The notes beneath the pieces were generated by a model. It saw only the letters and a program-made list of their open reading frames with translations, had not been told where the DNA came from and ran no database searches. A stretch of DNA of 64,000 nucleotides, taken from contig JBFWNS010000001.1 in NCBI GenBank assembly GCA_050250935.1, forward strand, positions 387,515-451,514. Reading direction: 5' to 3'. This DNA comes from Candidatus Margulisiibacteriota bacterium (GTDB lineage Bacteria > Margulisbacteria > Marinamargulisbacteria > JBFWNS01). The position numbers were made by a program, and so were the translations under genes. Positions 1 to 8,138 of this stretch are shown here, piece after piece. Position 1 is the first letter of the stretch; each line of letters begins with the position of its first letter.

Positions 1-12
1 GCTCTGCGGCCT

Positions 13-1281
13 TTAATGCACTGCATGAAGAACTTCCTTAAAGAGACGAAGACCTTGGTTTAGTTCGTCTGGGGTGATGGTTAGGGGCGGCACCAAGCGG
101 ATGACGTTGTCGTGAAGCCCGCAAGAAATCAGGATAAGGCCTTTTTGGATCCCTGTCTCGATACATTTTTTGACGAATTCAGGATGGGGCGCTTTGGTGG
201 TTTTGTCTTTAACGAATTCCAGGCCGATCATCAGGCCCGTGATGCGCACATCGCCCAAGAAGGGGTGGTCGGCCAGTTCGGCTTGGATGAAGTCTTGGGC
301 TTCCCGGCTGCGCTGATTGATCTGGTCCAAGGTTGTTTTTTCCAAAACTTCAAGGGTAGCCAGACCTGCTGCACAGGTGACAGGATTGCCGCCATAAGTG
401 CCGCCATGGGCCGAGGTTGTCCATTTGGACATCAACTCGGCTCGAGACACGCAGGCGCCCAGGGGCATGCCCGACGCAATGCCTTTGGCCAAAGCGATGA
501 TATCGGGAACGACACCCGTTTGCTGGAAGGCAAACCACTGTCCTGTTCGACCAAACCCGGATTGAACCTCGTCAAAAATTAAGAGCACACCCTGCTCGGT
601 ACACAGTTCTCGCAACCGTTTTAGAAACGCTGGGGGTGCCGACACATAGCCCCCTTCTCCCAAGATCGGCTCGATAATCACCGCCGCGGCATCGGCACCG
701 TGAGTCTCGAAAAAGGTCTCTAAAGCTGCAATGGCTTTGGTTTCGGCGTTTTCATCACCCCAAGCACTGCGATACAAATAGGGGTAGGGGAAAAACGATA
801 CTTCACCCAAATAGGGCTCATAGCCCTGTCTGTATTTGTCTTTGGACGTTGTCACCGCCAAGGCCCCAAAAGTACGGCCATGAAAGCCGCCCGTAAAGGC
901 CAAGAACCGGGGCTTCCGGGTCAGGTATCGGGCCAATTTTAAGCTGGCTTCGACGGCTTCCGACCCACTTTGGGTAAAAAACACCGAATCCAATCCATGG
1001 CCCAGTTTTTCGGTAATTTTTTCGGCCAAGGCCACATTGGCATCGTAATAGACCACACCGGCACAGGCGTGGATGAGGGTCTCGGCTTGGGTTTTGATGG
1101 CGTCTACCACATGGGGATGACAATGGCCTGTCGAGGCCACCGCGATCCCTGTGGCAAAATCGAGATAGGCACGGCCGTCTTGGCCATACAAATAGCTGCC
1201 TTTTCCCGATACCACTTCAAGCCGAGAATAATGTCCTAGAACCGGAGACAAAACGCGGTCTGCCCGCGTAAGCAAGCTCAA
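13..1281 (-). CDS. Class III PLP-dependent aminotransferase (GabT/putrescine aminotransferase-like)
   Basis: Motifs FTQSGSEAVEASLK, FHGRT, DEVQSGFGRTG, LAKGIASG (PLP lysine), HGGTYGGNP. Likely TTG start at 1281 overlaps the upstream TGA (TTGA); the ORF track extends it to 1317. Confidence 0.9.
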   Translation of the reverse strand: MSLLTRADRVLSPVLGHYSRLEVVSGKGSYLYGQDGRAYLDFATGIAVASTGHCHPHVVDAIKTQAETLIHACAGVVYYDANVALAEKITEKLGHGLDSVFFTQSGSEAVEASLKLARYLTRKPRFLAFTGGFHGRTFGALAVTTSKDKYRQGYEPYLGEVSFFPYPYLYRSAWGDENAETKAIAALETFFETHGADAAAVIIEPILGEGGYVSAPPAFLKRLRELCTEQGVLLIFDEVQSGFGRTGQWFAFQQTGVVPDIIALAKGIASGMPLGACVSRAELMSKWTTSAHGGTYGGNPVTCAAGLATLEVLEKTTLDQINQRSREAQDFIQAELADHPFLGDVRITGLMIGLEFVKDKTTKAPHPEFVKKCIETGIQKGLILISCGLHDNVIRLVPPLTITPDELNQGLRLFKEVLHAVH

Positions 1282-1823
1282 AGAATTAAAACGGCTCCCG
1301 CAACAACCGTGGTCCAAAGTCCTTTTTTACCGGTTGCTGACTGGGTAACAGCCATGGTGCTGACGATTTGGTCTTGCATTTTCCAAATCTCTTTACGCTC
1401 GTCCCATTTGAGGTTGGTGTCGATGGGAATGCCCAAGGTGGTGGCCAACATTTCGGCTGCCATGTCTTCGGCATAATCGGAAGATTCTTGCTCCGTTTCG
1501 CCATAAGAATGGTGTTCGGACAAATAGCCGTGTTTGCTGGAATCTTGGGGCAAGGCCACGCCAACAGAAGCCGAAATCAATCGGTTTTCTTCTTGAACCG
1601 AACTGTCTGACAAAACACAGAAAACCACTTGGCCATAGCTGAGTTTTTTCAAACCTTCTTCTTTGCTAACAATTTTGCAATGTGGGGGGAAAATACTGGA
1701 CACGCGAACCAAGTTGTACTCGGCAACACCGGCATCCCGCAGGGCCAACTCAAAAGAAACTAATTTTTCGCGATGCACACCCACACCTTTGGTGAGGAAC
1801 AATTCTTTGGGTACAAAATTCAT
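1278..1823 (-). CDS. pdaD: Pyruvoyl-dependent arginine decarboxylase
   Basis: FVPKELFLTKGVG...SFELALRDAGVAEYNLVRVSSIFPP, with the Ser-Ser self-cleavage site; AAGGAG RBS upstream of ATG 1823. Confidence 0.9.
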   Translation of the reverse strand: MNFVPKELFLTKGVGVHREKLVSFELALRDAGVAEYNLVRVSSIFPPHCKIVSKEEGLKKLSYGQVVFCVLSDSSVQEENRLISASVGVALPQDSSKHGYLSEHHSYGETEQESSDYAEDMAAEMLATTLGIPIDTNLKWDERKEIWKMQDQIVSTMAVTQSATGKKGLWTTVVAGAVLIL

Positions 1824-1938
1824 GAGCAAATTCTCCTTTAAACCGAACCGAAAAAAGATGGCGAAACTTCACCGATTTTTTAAATCGGAATAAGTAAAAC
1901 GTATATGGGGTAAAAAATCAATTAAAAATGAACTTCTC

Positions 1939-2673
1939 TTATTTCTTCCGACACAAACAATAAATACTGGGGGTTAGGTTGGTAAACGAGAACAGGCGTT
2001 GGCAGAGTAAATCCAAGGCTACCAAAACCCGGTATGGAATGGTTTTTTTAAGGATGCCGGATCTAAAAAACGAGAGGTTCACTTTTTCTTGAATCTCGAA
2101 ATAGGCCTGCAATTCGGTTAACACGTCGGTGGGGTGGAAATTAAAATAGGCGGTGTTGAGCTGCACTTTGCCCTTTGCAAAGGGGTTGAATTTTGTCTTA
2201 CACAAACTGTAGCGCACAATGTTAAGCACATGGCGCTTGTTGGGGATTTCAAACAACAAATGGCCGCCAGGCTTTAAAACGCGGTATACCTCTTTGAAAA
2301 ATTGTTTGGGGTCTTCGACATGGTGGAGGGTTCGAATGGAAAACACCGTGTCGAATTGGGCATCGGCGAAGGGTAGGTTAATTAGATTGCCTTGTTGGTA
2401 GGTGATGTTGGTTGTTCCCAAGCTGCCTTTGGCTTGGTCGAGCATGGCATCGGAATAGTCCATTAATACAAAATTTTCAGCCCGATCTTGATAGGCCGGA
2501 AACAGACGGCCAAACCCACAGCCTGCATCCAACAGGGTTTTGGCTTTTGGGATTTTGGACAAAAGGCGGTGCAGGGTCTTTTTTTCGATGGTGTCTTCGT
2601 AACGACGATCGACATTCACCCAAAATTGTTGCTTGTAATCGTAGTCGTTGTAGTTGCTAAGCTCGGTTTGCAT
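1939..2673 (-). CDS. Class I SAM-dependent methyltransferase
   Basis: LLDAGCGFG motif I, LPFADAQFD, LKPGG. Confidence 0.85.
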   Translation of the reverse strand: MQTELSNYNDYDYKQQFWVNVDRRYEDTIEKKTLHRLLSKIPKAKTLLDAGCGFGRLFPAYQDRAENFVLMDYSDAMLDQAKGSLGTTNITYQQGNLINLPFADAQFDTVFSIRTLHHVEDPKQFFKEVYRVLKPGGHLLFEIPNKRHVLNIVRYSLCKTKFNPFAKGKVQLNTAYFNFHPTDVLTELQAYFEIQEKVNLSFFRSGILKKTIPYRVLVALDLLCQRLFSFTNLTPSIYCLCRKK

Positions 2674-2683
2674 GCAGGTTCCT

Positions 2684-3298
2684 TTACAGTCGTTTGAGGA
2701 GCAGTTTGATGCCTTCTTCGAGGCTGAGGGTGTCGTGCAGCTGGTCTGCAGCGGTGGTGAGGGCTTTTTGAACTTCGCCTTGGGAATAGCCCAGGGTTTT
2801 CATGGCCAAGGTTAAGTCTGCAATCCAATCGGCGCTGACTTTTGAGGCTGGATTGGCGGATTTAACGGCCATCATATCGGCCGAGGCGCCAAACACTTTT
2901 GCTACCTTGTCTTTAAGCTCGACCACCAAGCGTTCGGCTACTTTTTTGCCAACTCCGGGCACTTGGGTGAGGGCCGCCACGTTTTCGGCCAACAAGGCCT
3001 GTACAAATTCTTGGCTCGAAAACACGGCCAAAAATTTCTGCCCCACCTTGGGCCCAACCCCAGACACCGAGGTTAAGAGCATGAACAATTCCCGTTCTTC
3101 CAGATCGGCAAAGCCAAACAAGGTTTGTTGATCCTCTCGCACATGGTGATAGATGTAAATGGACGCCGCGTTTCCCCCACGGGTTAAGCTGGCCAAAAGC
3201 CGGTCATGCACAAAAACTTGATAGCCAACCCCGCCGGTCTCGATCACCACAGAGTCTTCGAAGGCATGGTTTAGGGTTCCGGTCAGAGAGAAAATCAT
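2684..3298 (-). CDS. ruvA: Holliday junction branch migration protein RuvA
   Basis: GVGY, HHVRED, LFGF, VSGVGPK and VPGVGKKVAERLVVELKDK HhH motifs; ATG overlaps the ruvC stop (ATGA). Confidence 0.97.
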   Translation of the reverse strand: MIFSLTGTLNHAFEDSVVIETGGVGYQVFVHDRLLASLTRGGNAASIYIYHHVREDQQTLFGFADLEERELFMLLTSVSGVGPKVGQKFLAVFSSQEFVQALLAENVAALTQVPGVGKKVAERLVVELKDKVAKVFGASADMMAVKSANPASKVSADWIADLTLAMKTLGYSQGEVQKALTTAADQLHDTLSLEEGIKLLLKRL

Positions 3299-3783
3299 GA
3301 GAGGGATTTTATCCGATAGAAATGGCTGTGACAAATGGCCAAGGCCAGGCCATCGGCGGCATCATCGGGTTTGGGGATGTCAGGCAGGTTTAAGAGCTGC
3401 TTGACCATGTACTGCACCTGCTGTTTTTCGGCCTTCCCATAGCCACAAACTGCGGTTTTAACCTGTAGGGGGGTGTAGCTGCTAATGGCCTCGATGCCCG
3501 CCTGTTCTGCGGTTAACAACAACACCCCACGCGCTTGGCTGACCACCATGGCCGTGGTGACGTTTTTGGCAAAAAACAATTCTTCTATCGCCATCGAGGT
3601 GGGTTGATGGCTGCTCAGCAGGTCTTTGAGCTTGTTCGAGAGCATTAAAAGACGTTTGGACAGTTCCATCTTGGGCGGCGTGGTCAGGATACCGTGTTCA
3701 ATAAACCGCAGTTTTGATCCTTTTTTTTCAATCAGGCCATAGCCGGTTGTGGCCAGGCCAGGATCGAGTCCTAGAATGACCAT
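3295..3783 (-). CDS. ruvC: Crossover junction endodeoxyribonuclease RuvC
   Basis: MVILGLDPGLATTGYG, AIEELFF, VCGYGKAEKQQV, DDAADGLALAICH. Confidence 0.97.
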   Translation of the reverse strand: MVILGLDPGLATTGYGLIEKKGSKLRFIEHGILTTPPKMELSKRLLMLSNKLKDLLSSHQPTSMAIEELFFAKNVTTAMVVSQARGVLLLTAEQAGIEAISSYTPLQVKTAVCGYGKAEKQQVQYMVKQLLNLPDIPKPDDAADGLALAICHSHFYRIKSLS

Positions 3784-3996
3784 TGGTATAACACACCGTC
3801 GGAGCCGGTGTGTGTCGCTGCGTGAAGCAAGTTCACGCTGCTCGCCCTGCGGCATTGATATAACACACCGTCGGAGCCGGTGTGTGTCGCTGCGTGAAGC
3901 AAGTTCACGCTGCTCGCCCTACGGCATTGATATAACACACCGTCGGAGCCGGTGTGTGTCGCTGCGTGAAGCAAGTTCACGCTGCTCGCCCTGCGG
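3781..3996. repeat. Tandem repeat, 3 x 72 bp, each unit with two hairpins (REP/REPIN-like)
   Basis: Units start at 3781, 3853 and 3925 and differ at only two positions. Each has ACACACCG-N7-CGGTGTGT and GCTGCGTGAA-N5-TTCACGCTGC (one mismatch). Confidence 0.97.
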
Positions 3997-4059
3997 GGCT
4001 TGCTTGGGTTTTTTACGGGAGCTTGGCTCTTGCGGCCTGGTTCTGCCTTGTGTGTCGCA

Positions 4060-5019
4060 TTAGGCATAGGCGATGTTGGAGAGTTTGATGAGGAGTGTTT
4101 CGCCGGGTTTTACAAAATCGCGGAAGGTGATTTTTTGGGTCTTTGAAACGGTTGTGGTGGCGAATTGGTCTTGGGTTTCGGGGGTACACGCAACCTCGAT
4201 GCCCCGCAAATCGGCCACCAAAACCCCGTCTTCTTTGATGATTTCGGCTTGGAGGCTGATGGTTTCTGGAAAAGGATGGCCTTGGCTGACACGGTTTTGG
4301 GCCAGAATCAAACCGGCGTCTTCCACAATCATCCATTGCATAATGCCCATCATGACGGGATTGCCGGGAAAATGGCCTCGGCATAACGGGTGGGTTTCAG
4401 GAAAATGATAGGCAAAAACCGATTCGCTTTCGGTCTCGTGAACCCAAGCATCGACCATGACCATGGCCTTGTCTTTATGAAACACCGATTTATCGATGGC
4501 TTTGGACTGGGTTTGGGGGTACACCTCCACTTTCTTTTTGACGGCTTTGGCAGCTTCTTCGGGGGTGGGGGCTTGCATAAAAATGGCCGACATATCACCT
4601 TTGGCCACGGTTTGCCCGGCTTCGTTTTCGATGGTGCCGGTGTAAAACATAAATTCGCCCTTGCTTTTGACTTTGCGTACCGTGCCCACCATGCGGGTTC
4701 CCAAAGGAATAGAGCCTGTGCATTCAAAATTGGAAATGCCTGAAAAATAGGTCATTTGACCCGGCAGCAGCCGGCCTGTGGTCACAATCGAGGCCAGGGC
4801 CAGAACTTCCATGAAGGCCGTGGTTAAAAACACCGAGGTGGTTGGGGTGATTTTTTTGGAAAAAATATGGCGGCCTTGGGCATCGGGATTACCGATGGTT
4901 AAGGCCAGGGTTCCGCCCGGAACCCCCTCGATTTCCTCCATTTCAACGGCATCAAGAACCAGGTTTTCGAAACGGTGGGGAATGCGATCGGCAATGTCGA
5001 TTTGGGAAAGTCTTGTCAT
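4060..5019 (-). CDS. Tandem double-hotdog FabA/FabZ-like dehydratase
   Basis: N-domain IPHRFENLVLDAV...FMEVLALA; C-domain GHFPGNPVMMG; linked by an Ala/Lys-rich segment. Confidence 0.75.
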   Translation of the reverse strand: MTRLSQIDIADRIPHRFENLVLDAVEMEEIEGVPGGTLALTIGNPDAQGRHIFSKKITPTTSVFLTTAFMEVLALASIVTTGRLLPGQMTYFSGISNFECTGSIPLGTRMVGTVRKVKSKGEFMFYTGTIENEAGQTVAKGDMSAIFMQAPTPEEAAKAVKKKVEVYPQTQSKAIDKSVFHKDKAMVMVDAWVHETESESVFAYHFPETHPLCRGHFPGNPVMMGIMQWMIVEDAGLILAQNRVSQGHPFPETISLQAEIIKEDGVLVADLRGIEVACTPETQDQFATTTVSKTQKITFRDFVKPGETLLIKLSNIAYA

Positions 5020-5030
5020 TTAAATAGCCT

Positions 5031-5780
5031 TTACTGGTGGTGTTTCATGGCCTTGCGAAGGCGTTCGAGGGCGCTGGTGAGCAAGCGCGAGATGTGCATT
5101 TGAGAGAGGTTTAGTTTTTCGGCGATTTCCATTTGGGACAATCCCATAAAAAACCGGTAATAGATGATTTTTTTCTCGCGATCGTTCAAAACTAAGACCA
5201 CTTGTTTGAGGGTTTCTTTGTCCAAAACCGTTTCTTCGTGGCCGGCCACACCCAAGGTTTCAAGCAAGGTCCCACCTTCGCCACCCGAGCTATTGCGGTG
5301 AGAGGGCATATCCAAAGAGACCACAGTGCCCGTTTGACTGACTTCCATAGACTCCAAAACTTCTTCTTCGGAAAGCCCCGTATGGGTGGCAATTTCTTGA
5401 ATGGTTGGCGAGCGCCCTTCGGATTCGACTTGGCGCATGTAGACTTTGACTTTGCTGTAGTTTTCCTGCATGCGACGGGGCACTTTGACGAGCCGCCCTT
5501 TGTCTCTGAAATAGTGCTTGATTTCCCCAATAATGTTCGGGGTGGCAAAGGTTGAAAAATCGGTGTCCATGGCCGGTTCATATCGGTCTAGACAGCGCAA
5601 CAGACTGATGCTGCCCACTTGGACCAGATCGTCGAAATCGTTGCGGTTAAAGGCCAATTTTCGGGCAATACTCTCCACCAGAGGACGGTAGAGGAGAATC
5701 ACTTCATCCCTTACAGCGAGATCTCGGGATTCGAAATAGCTTAAAACCAACGCTTCTTTTGATTGTTTTGAAGTAGGCAT
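5031..5780 (-). CDS. SigB/SigF-family RNA polymerase sigma factor
   Basis: DDLVQVGSISLLRCLDRYEP, FSTFATPNIIGEIKHYFRD, VKVPRR, SQMEIAEKLNLSQMHISRL. Confidence 0.92.
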   Translation of the reverse strand: MPTSKQSKEALVLSYFESRDLAVRDEVILLYRPLVESIARKLAFNRNDFDDLVQVGSISLLRCLDRYEPAMDTDFSTFATPNIIGEIKHYFRDKGRLVKVPRRMQENYSKVKVYMRQVESEGRSPTIQEIATHTGLSEEEVLESMEVSQTGTVVSLDMPSHRNSSGGEGGTLLETLGVAGHEETVLDKETLKQVVLVLNDREKKIIYYRFFMGLSQMEIAEKLNLSQMHISRLLTSALERLRKAMKHHQ

Positions 5781-5834
5781 GGGTGAAAGTGGATAGCATG
5801 TTAACACGGTCACTGCTATATTAACAGGATCATC

Positions 5835-7010
5835 ATGTACGTCTGTAATTCCAAACTCTGTCAGCCTGGCGATACCTTTATTTGCCTACCCGGTGGCGAA
5901 GCCTCTGTGGCCGATGCCCAAGCACGGGGCGCCACCACAGTGTTGCACATGACCCGTGCCGAAATGGGGGTTTTCGCCAACAAAACCTTTGACAACCCCT
6001 CGGAAAAATTAACCGTGATTGGGGTTACCGGCACCAATGGTAAAACCACCGTTACCCACCTGATTGCCCAAGGGTTGACTGCGGCTGGGTTTAAATCAGC
6101 CGTTTTGGGCACCCTGAATGCCCCTTTAACCACCCCAGAATCCATCCAAGTTTTAGAGGCCATGAAGCAGCACGTGGATGCCGGCGGCACCCATTTTGTA
6201 ATGGAAGTGTCCTCCCACGCCATCGACCAAGGCCGCATTGATCCCATTCATTTTTCGATTCGGGTTTTAACCAACATCACCCGCGATCATTTGGACTATC
6301 ACGGCACTTTCGAAAACTACAAAGCCACAAAACTGAAGTTTATGAGGGCCGGAACCCCAGCCATTTTCCCCGAAGATTATGCCAAAGAAACCATCGACTA
6401 CCCCACCCAGCTGTTGGGGGAGTTTAATCACCAGAACATCCAAGCCGCCCAAGCCGCGTTAAAAGCGTGCGGATTGGATGCCGCAACCATTGCCAAAGCC
6501 CTGGGCCAGGCCAAACCTCCGGCTGGCCGATTGGAACCTGTTCGGGCCGGACAACCCTTCGATGTGCTGGTGGATTATGCCCACACCCCCGACGGATTGG
6601 AAAACATTTTGAAAACCCTTTCCCCCATTGCCAAGGCCAAACAAGGAAAGCTCTTGGTGGTTTTTGGCTGCGGCGGGGACCGGGATCGGGGCAAACGCCC
6701 CGAAATGGGCCGCATTGGTGCCGAATTGGCCGACGTTGTGATTTTAACCCAAGACAATCCACGTACCGAGGATCCCAAACAAATTATGTCGGATATTTTG
6801 GCTGGCATCCCTGCTACTTTTCAAAAATTACACGTCATCGACGACCGTCGCCAGGCCATTGAATTGGCCATTCGCATGGCCCAAAAAGACGATGTGGTGG
6901 CCATTGCCGGCAAAGGCCACGAAACCTATCAGATCATCGGTACCGAAAAAACCGATTTCGACGACCGTATCGAGGCCCAAAAAGCCATCGAATCCCGGCT
7001 GGCGCGCTAG
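5835..7010 (+). CDS. murE: UDP-MurNAc-tripeptide synthetase (shortened)
   Basis: GVTGTNGKTT, MEVSSH, DHLDYH, DYAHTPDG, GCGGDRD, DNPR (meso-DAP type), AGKGHE. Confidence 0.95.
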   Translation: MYVCNSKLCQPGDTFICLPGGEASVADAQARGATTVLHMTRAEMGVFANKTFDNPSEKLTVIGVTGTNGKTTVTHLIAQGLTAAGFKSAVLGTLNAPLTTPESIQVLEAMKQHVDAGGTHFVMEVSSHAIDQGRIDPIHFSIRVLTNITRDHLDYHGTFENYKATKLKFMRAGTPAIFPEDYAKETIDYPTQLLGEFNHQNIQAAQAALKACGLDAATIAKALGQAKPPAGRLEPVRAGQPFDVLVDYAHTPDGLENILKTLSPIAKAKQGKLLVVFGCGGDRDRGKRPEMGRIGAELADVVILTQDNPRTEDPKQIMSDILAGIPATFQKLHVIDDRRQAIELAIRMAQKDDVVAIAGKGHETYQIIGTEKTDFDDRIEAQKAIESRLAR

Positions 7011-8138
7011 ATGGCCATTTCCATCGATTCCAGAACCCTGAAACCCGGGGATGTGTTTATTCCCATCAAAGGCCCAAGCTTTGACGGCCATGATTTTATT
7101 CCAGAAGCCATCAAAAAAGGGGCCACCATTTTGGATGTGGACCTTCCAAAATACGCGGCCAGCTATCGAAAAAAACTGGGCTGTGCGGTGATTGCCGTTA
7201 CTGGTTCGGCGGGAAAAACCACGGTTAAAGACCTGTTGTATGCTGTCCTTTCCCAGAAATACCGGGTTGTTAAAACCGAAGAAAACCAAAACAACGAAAT
7301 CGGCGCCCCCCTGACCCTATTAAGGGCAGATTTCAACACCGACATTTTGATTGTGGAGCTGGGCATGCGAGGCCTTGGACAAATTCAAGAATTGGCCCGC
7401 ATTGTGCGACCCACCCATGCCGTGATTACCAGCATTGGCCTGACCCATGTGGAATTACTGGGCAATCAGCGCAACATCGCCAAAGCCAAAGCCGAGGTGT
7501 TTTTGCCGCCCCTAAAATGGGAAAAAACCCGAACCGCTTTTCTGAATTTCACCACCCCGTACTACGATTTATTGGCCAAAAAAGCCACTCAAAATCAGTT
7601 TACCGTGCTGCCGTTTAAAGGCGCCGATAAAATCGATCAGAACATCAATTTATGTTATGCCGTTGGGCAACAATTTGGCTTGTCCAACGACGACATTGCC
7701 ACCGGGCTCAAACACTATCAAGGCTCTGCCCATCGGTTACAGGTTCATCATCACCACGGGGTAACCCTGATTGACGACACCTACAACGCCAACCCCGATG
7801 GGGTGAGTTATGCCCTACAATTTTTGCGGCGTTTCTCGGGCCGAAAGATTTTTGTATTTGGGGATATGCTGGAGCTGGGAACCTTTGCCCCAGAGGCCCA
7901 TCAGGCCGTTGTGGACCAAGCCTTGGATGCCGGTGTAGACCTGATGTTTACCTATGGCCCCCTCACCCGAGCCATGCATTCAGACACTTTGTCGATTGAC
8001 CACTTTAAGGACAAAGCCAGTTTGAACACCATGGTGTTGGCCGAATTAAAACCCGGAGATGTGGTGTTGTTTAAAGGGTCTCGGGGCATGAAATTGGAAG
8101 AAACATTGAACACGGTTTTGGAGGACTATCATGGTTAA
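7011..8138 (+). CDS. murF: UDP-MurNAc-tripeptide--D-Ala-D-Ala ligase (shortened)
   Basis: IDSR, GPSFDGHDF, VTGSAGKTT, NNEIG, DDTYNANP, GDMLELG, KGSRG. Confidence 0.95.
   Translation: MAISIDSRTLKPGDVFIPIKGPSFDGHDFIPEAIKKGATILDVDLPKYAASYRKKLGCAVIAVTGSAGKTTVKDLLYAVLSQKYRVVKTEENQNNEIGAPLTLLRADFNTDILIVELGMRGLGQIQELARIVRPTHAVITSIGLTHVELLGNQRNIAKAKAEVFLPPLKWEKTRTAFLNFTTPYYDLLAKKATQNQFTVLPFKGADKIDQNINLCYAVGQQFGLSNDDIATGLKHYQGSAHRLQVHHHHGVTLIDDTYNANPDGVSYALQFLRRFSGRKIFVFGDMLELGTFAPEAHQAVVDQALDAGVDLMFTYGPLTRAMHSDTLSIDHFKDKASLNTMVLAELKPGDVVLFKGSRGMKLEETLNTVLEDYHG

Noticed and set aside
1-26. Possible next gene start on the minus strand (MQCIKGRR)
   Set aside because: Only 8 codons are inside the window, too few to assign.
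13-1281. Aminotransferase as BioA completing the biotin pathway
   Set aside because: Motifs and linkage to pdaD fit GabT/PatA-like enzymes better; no BioA-specific features recognised.
1872-1892. Inverted repeat CCGATTT...AAATCGG upstream of pdaD
   Set aside because: AT-rich weak stem with no U-tract; function not supportable.
3781-3996. CRISPR array interpretation of the tandem repeat
   Set aside because: Units are nearly identical end to end with no unique spacers, and no cas genes are nearby.
3749-4067. ORFs 3749-4063 (+) and 3771-4067 (-) with repeated peptides
   Set aside because: By-products of a repeat unit divisible by three; no RBS or recognisable domain.
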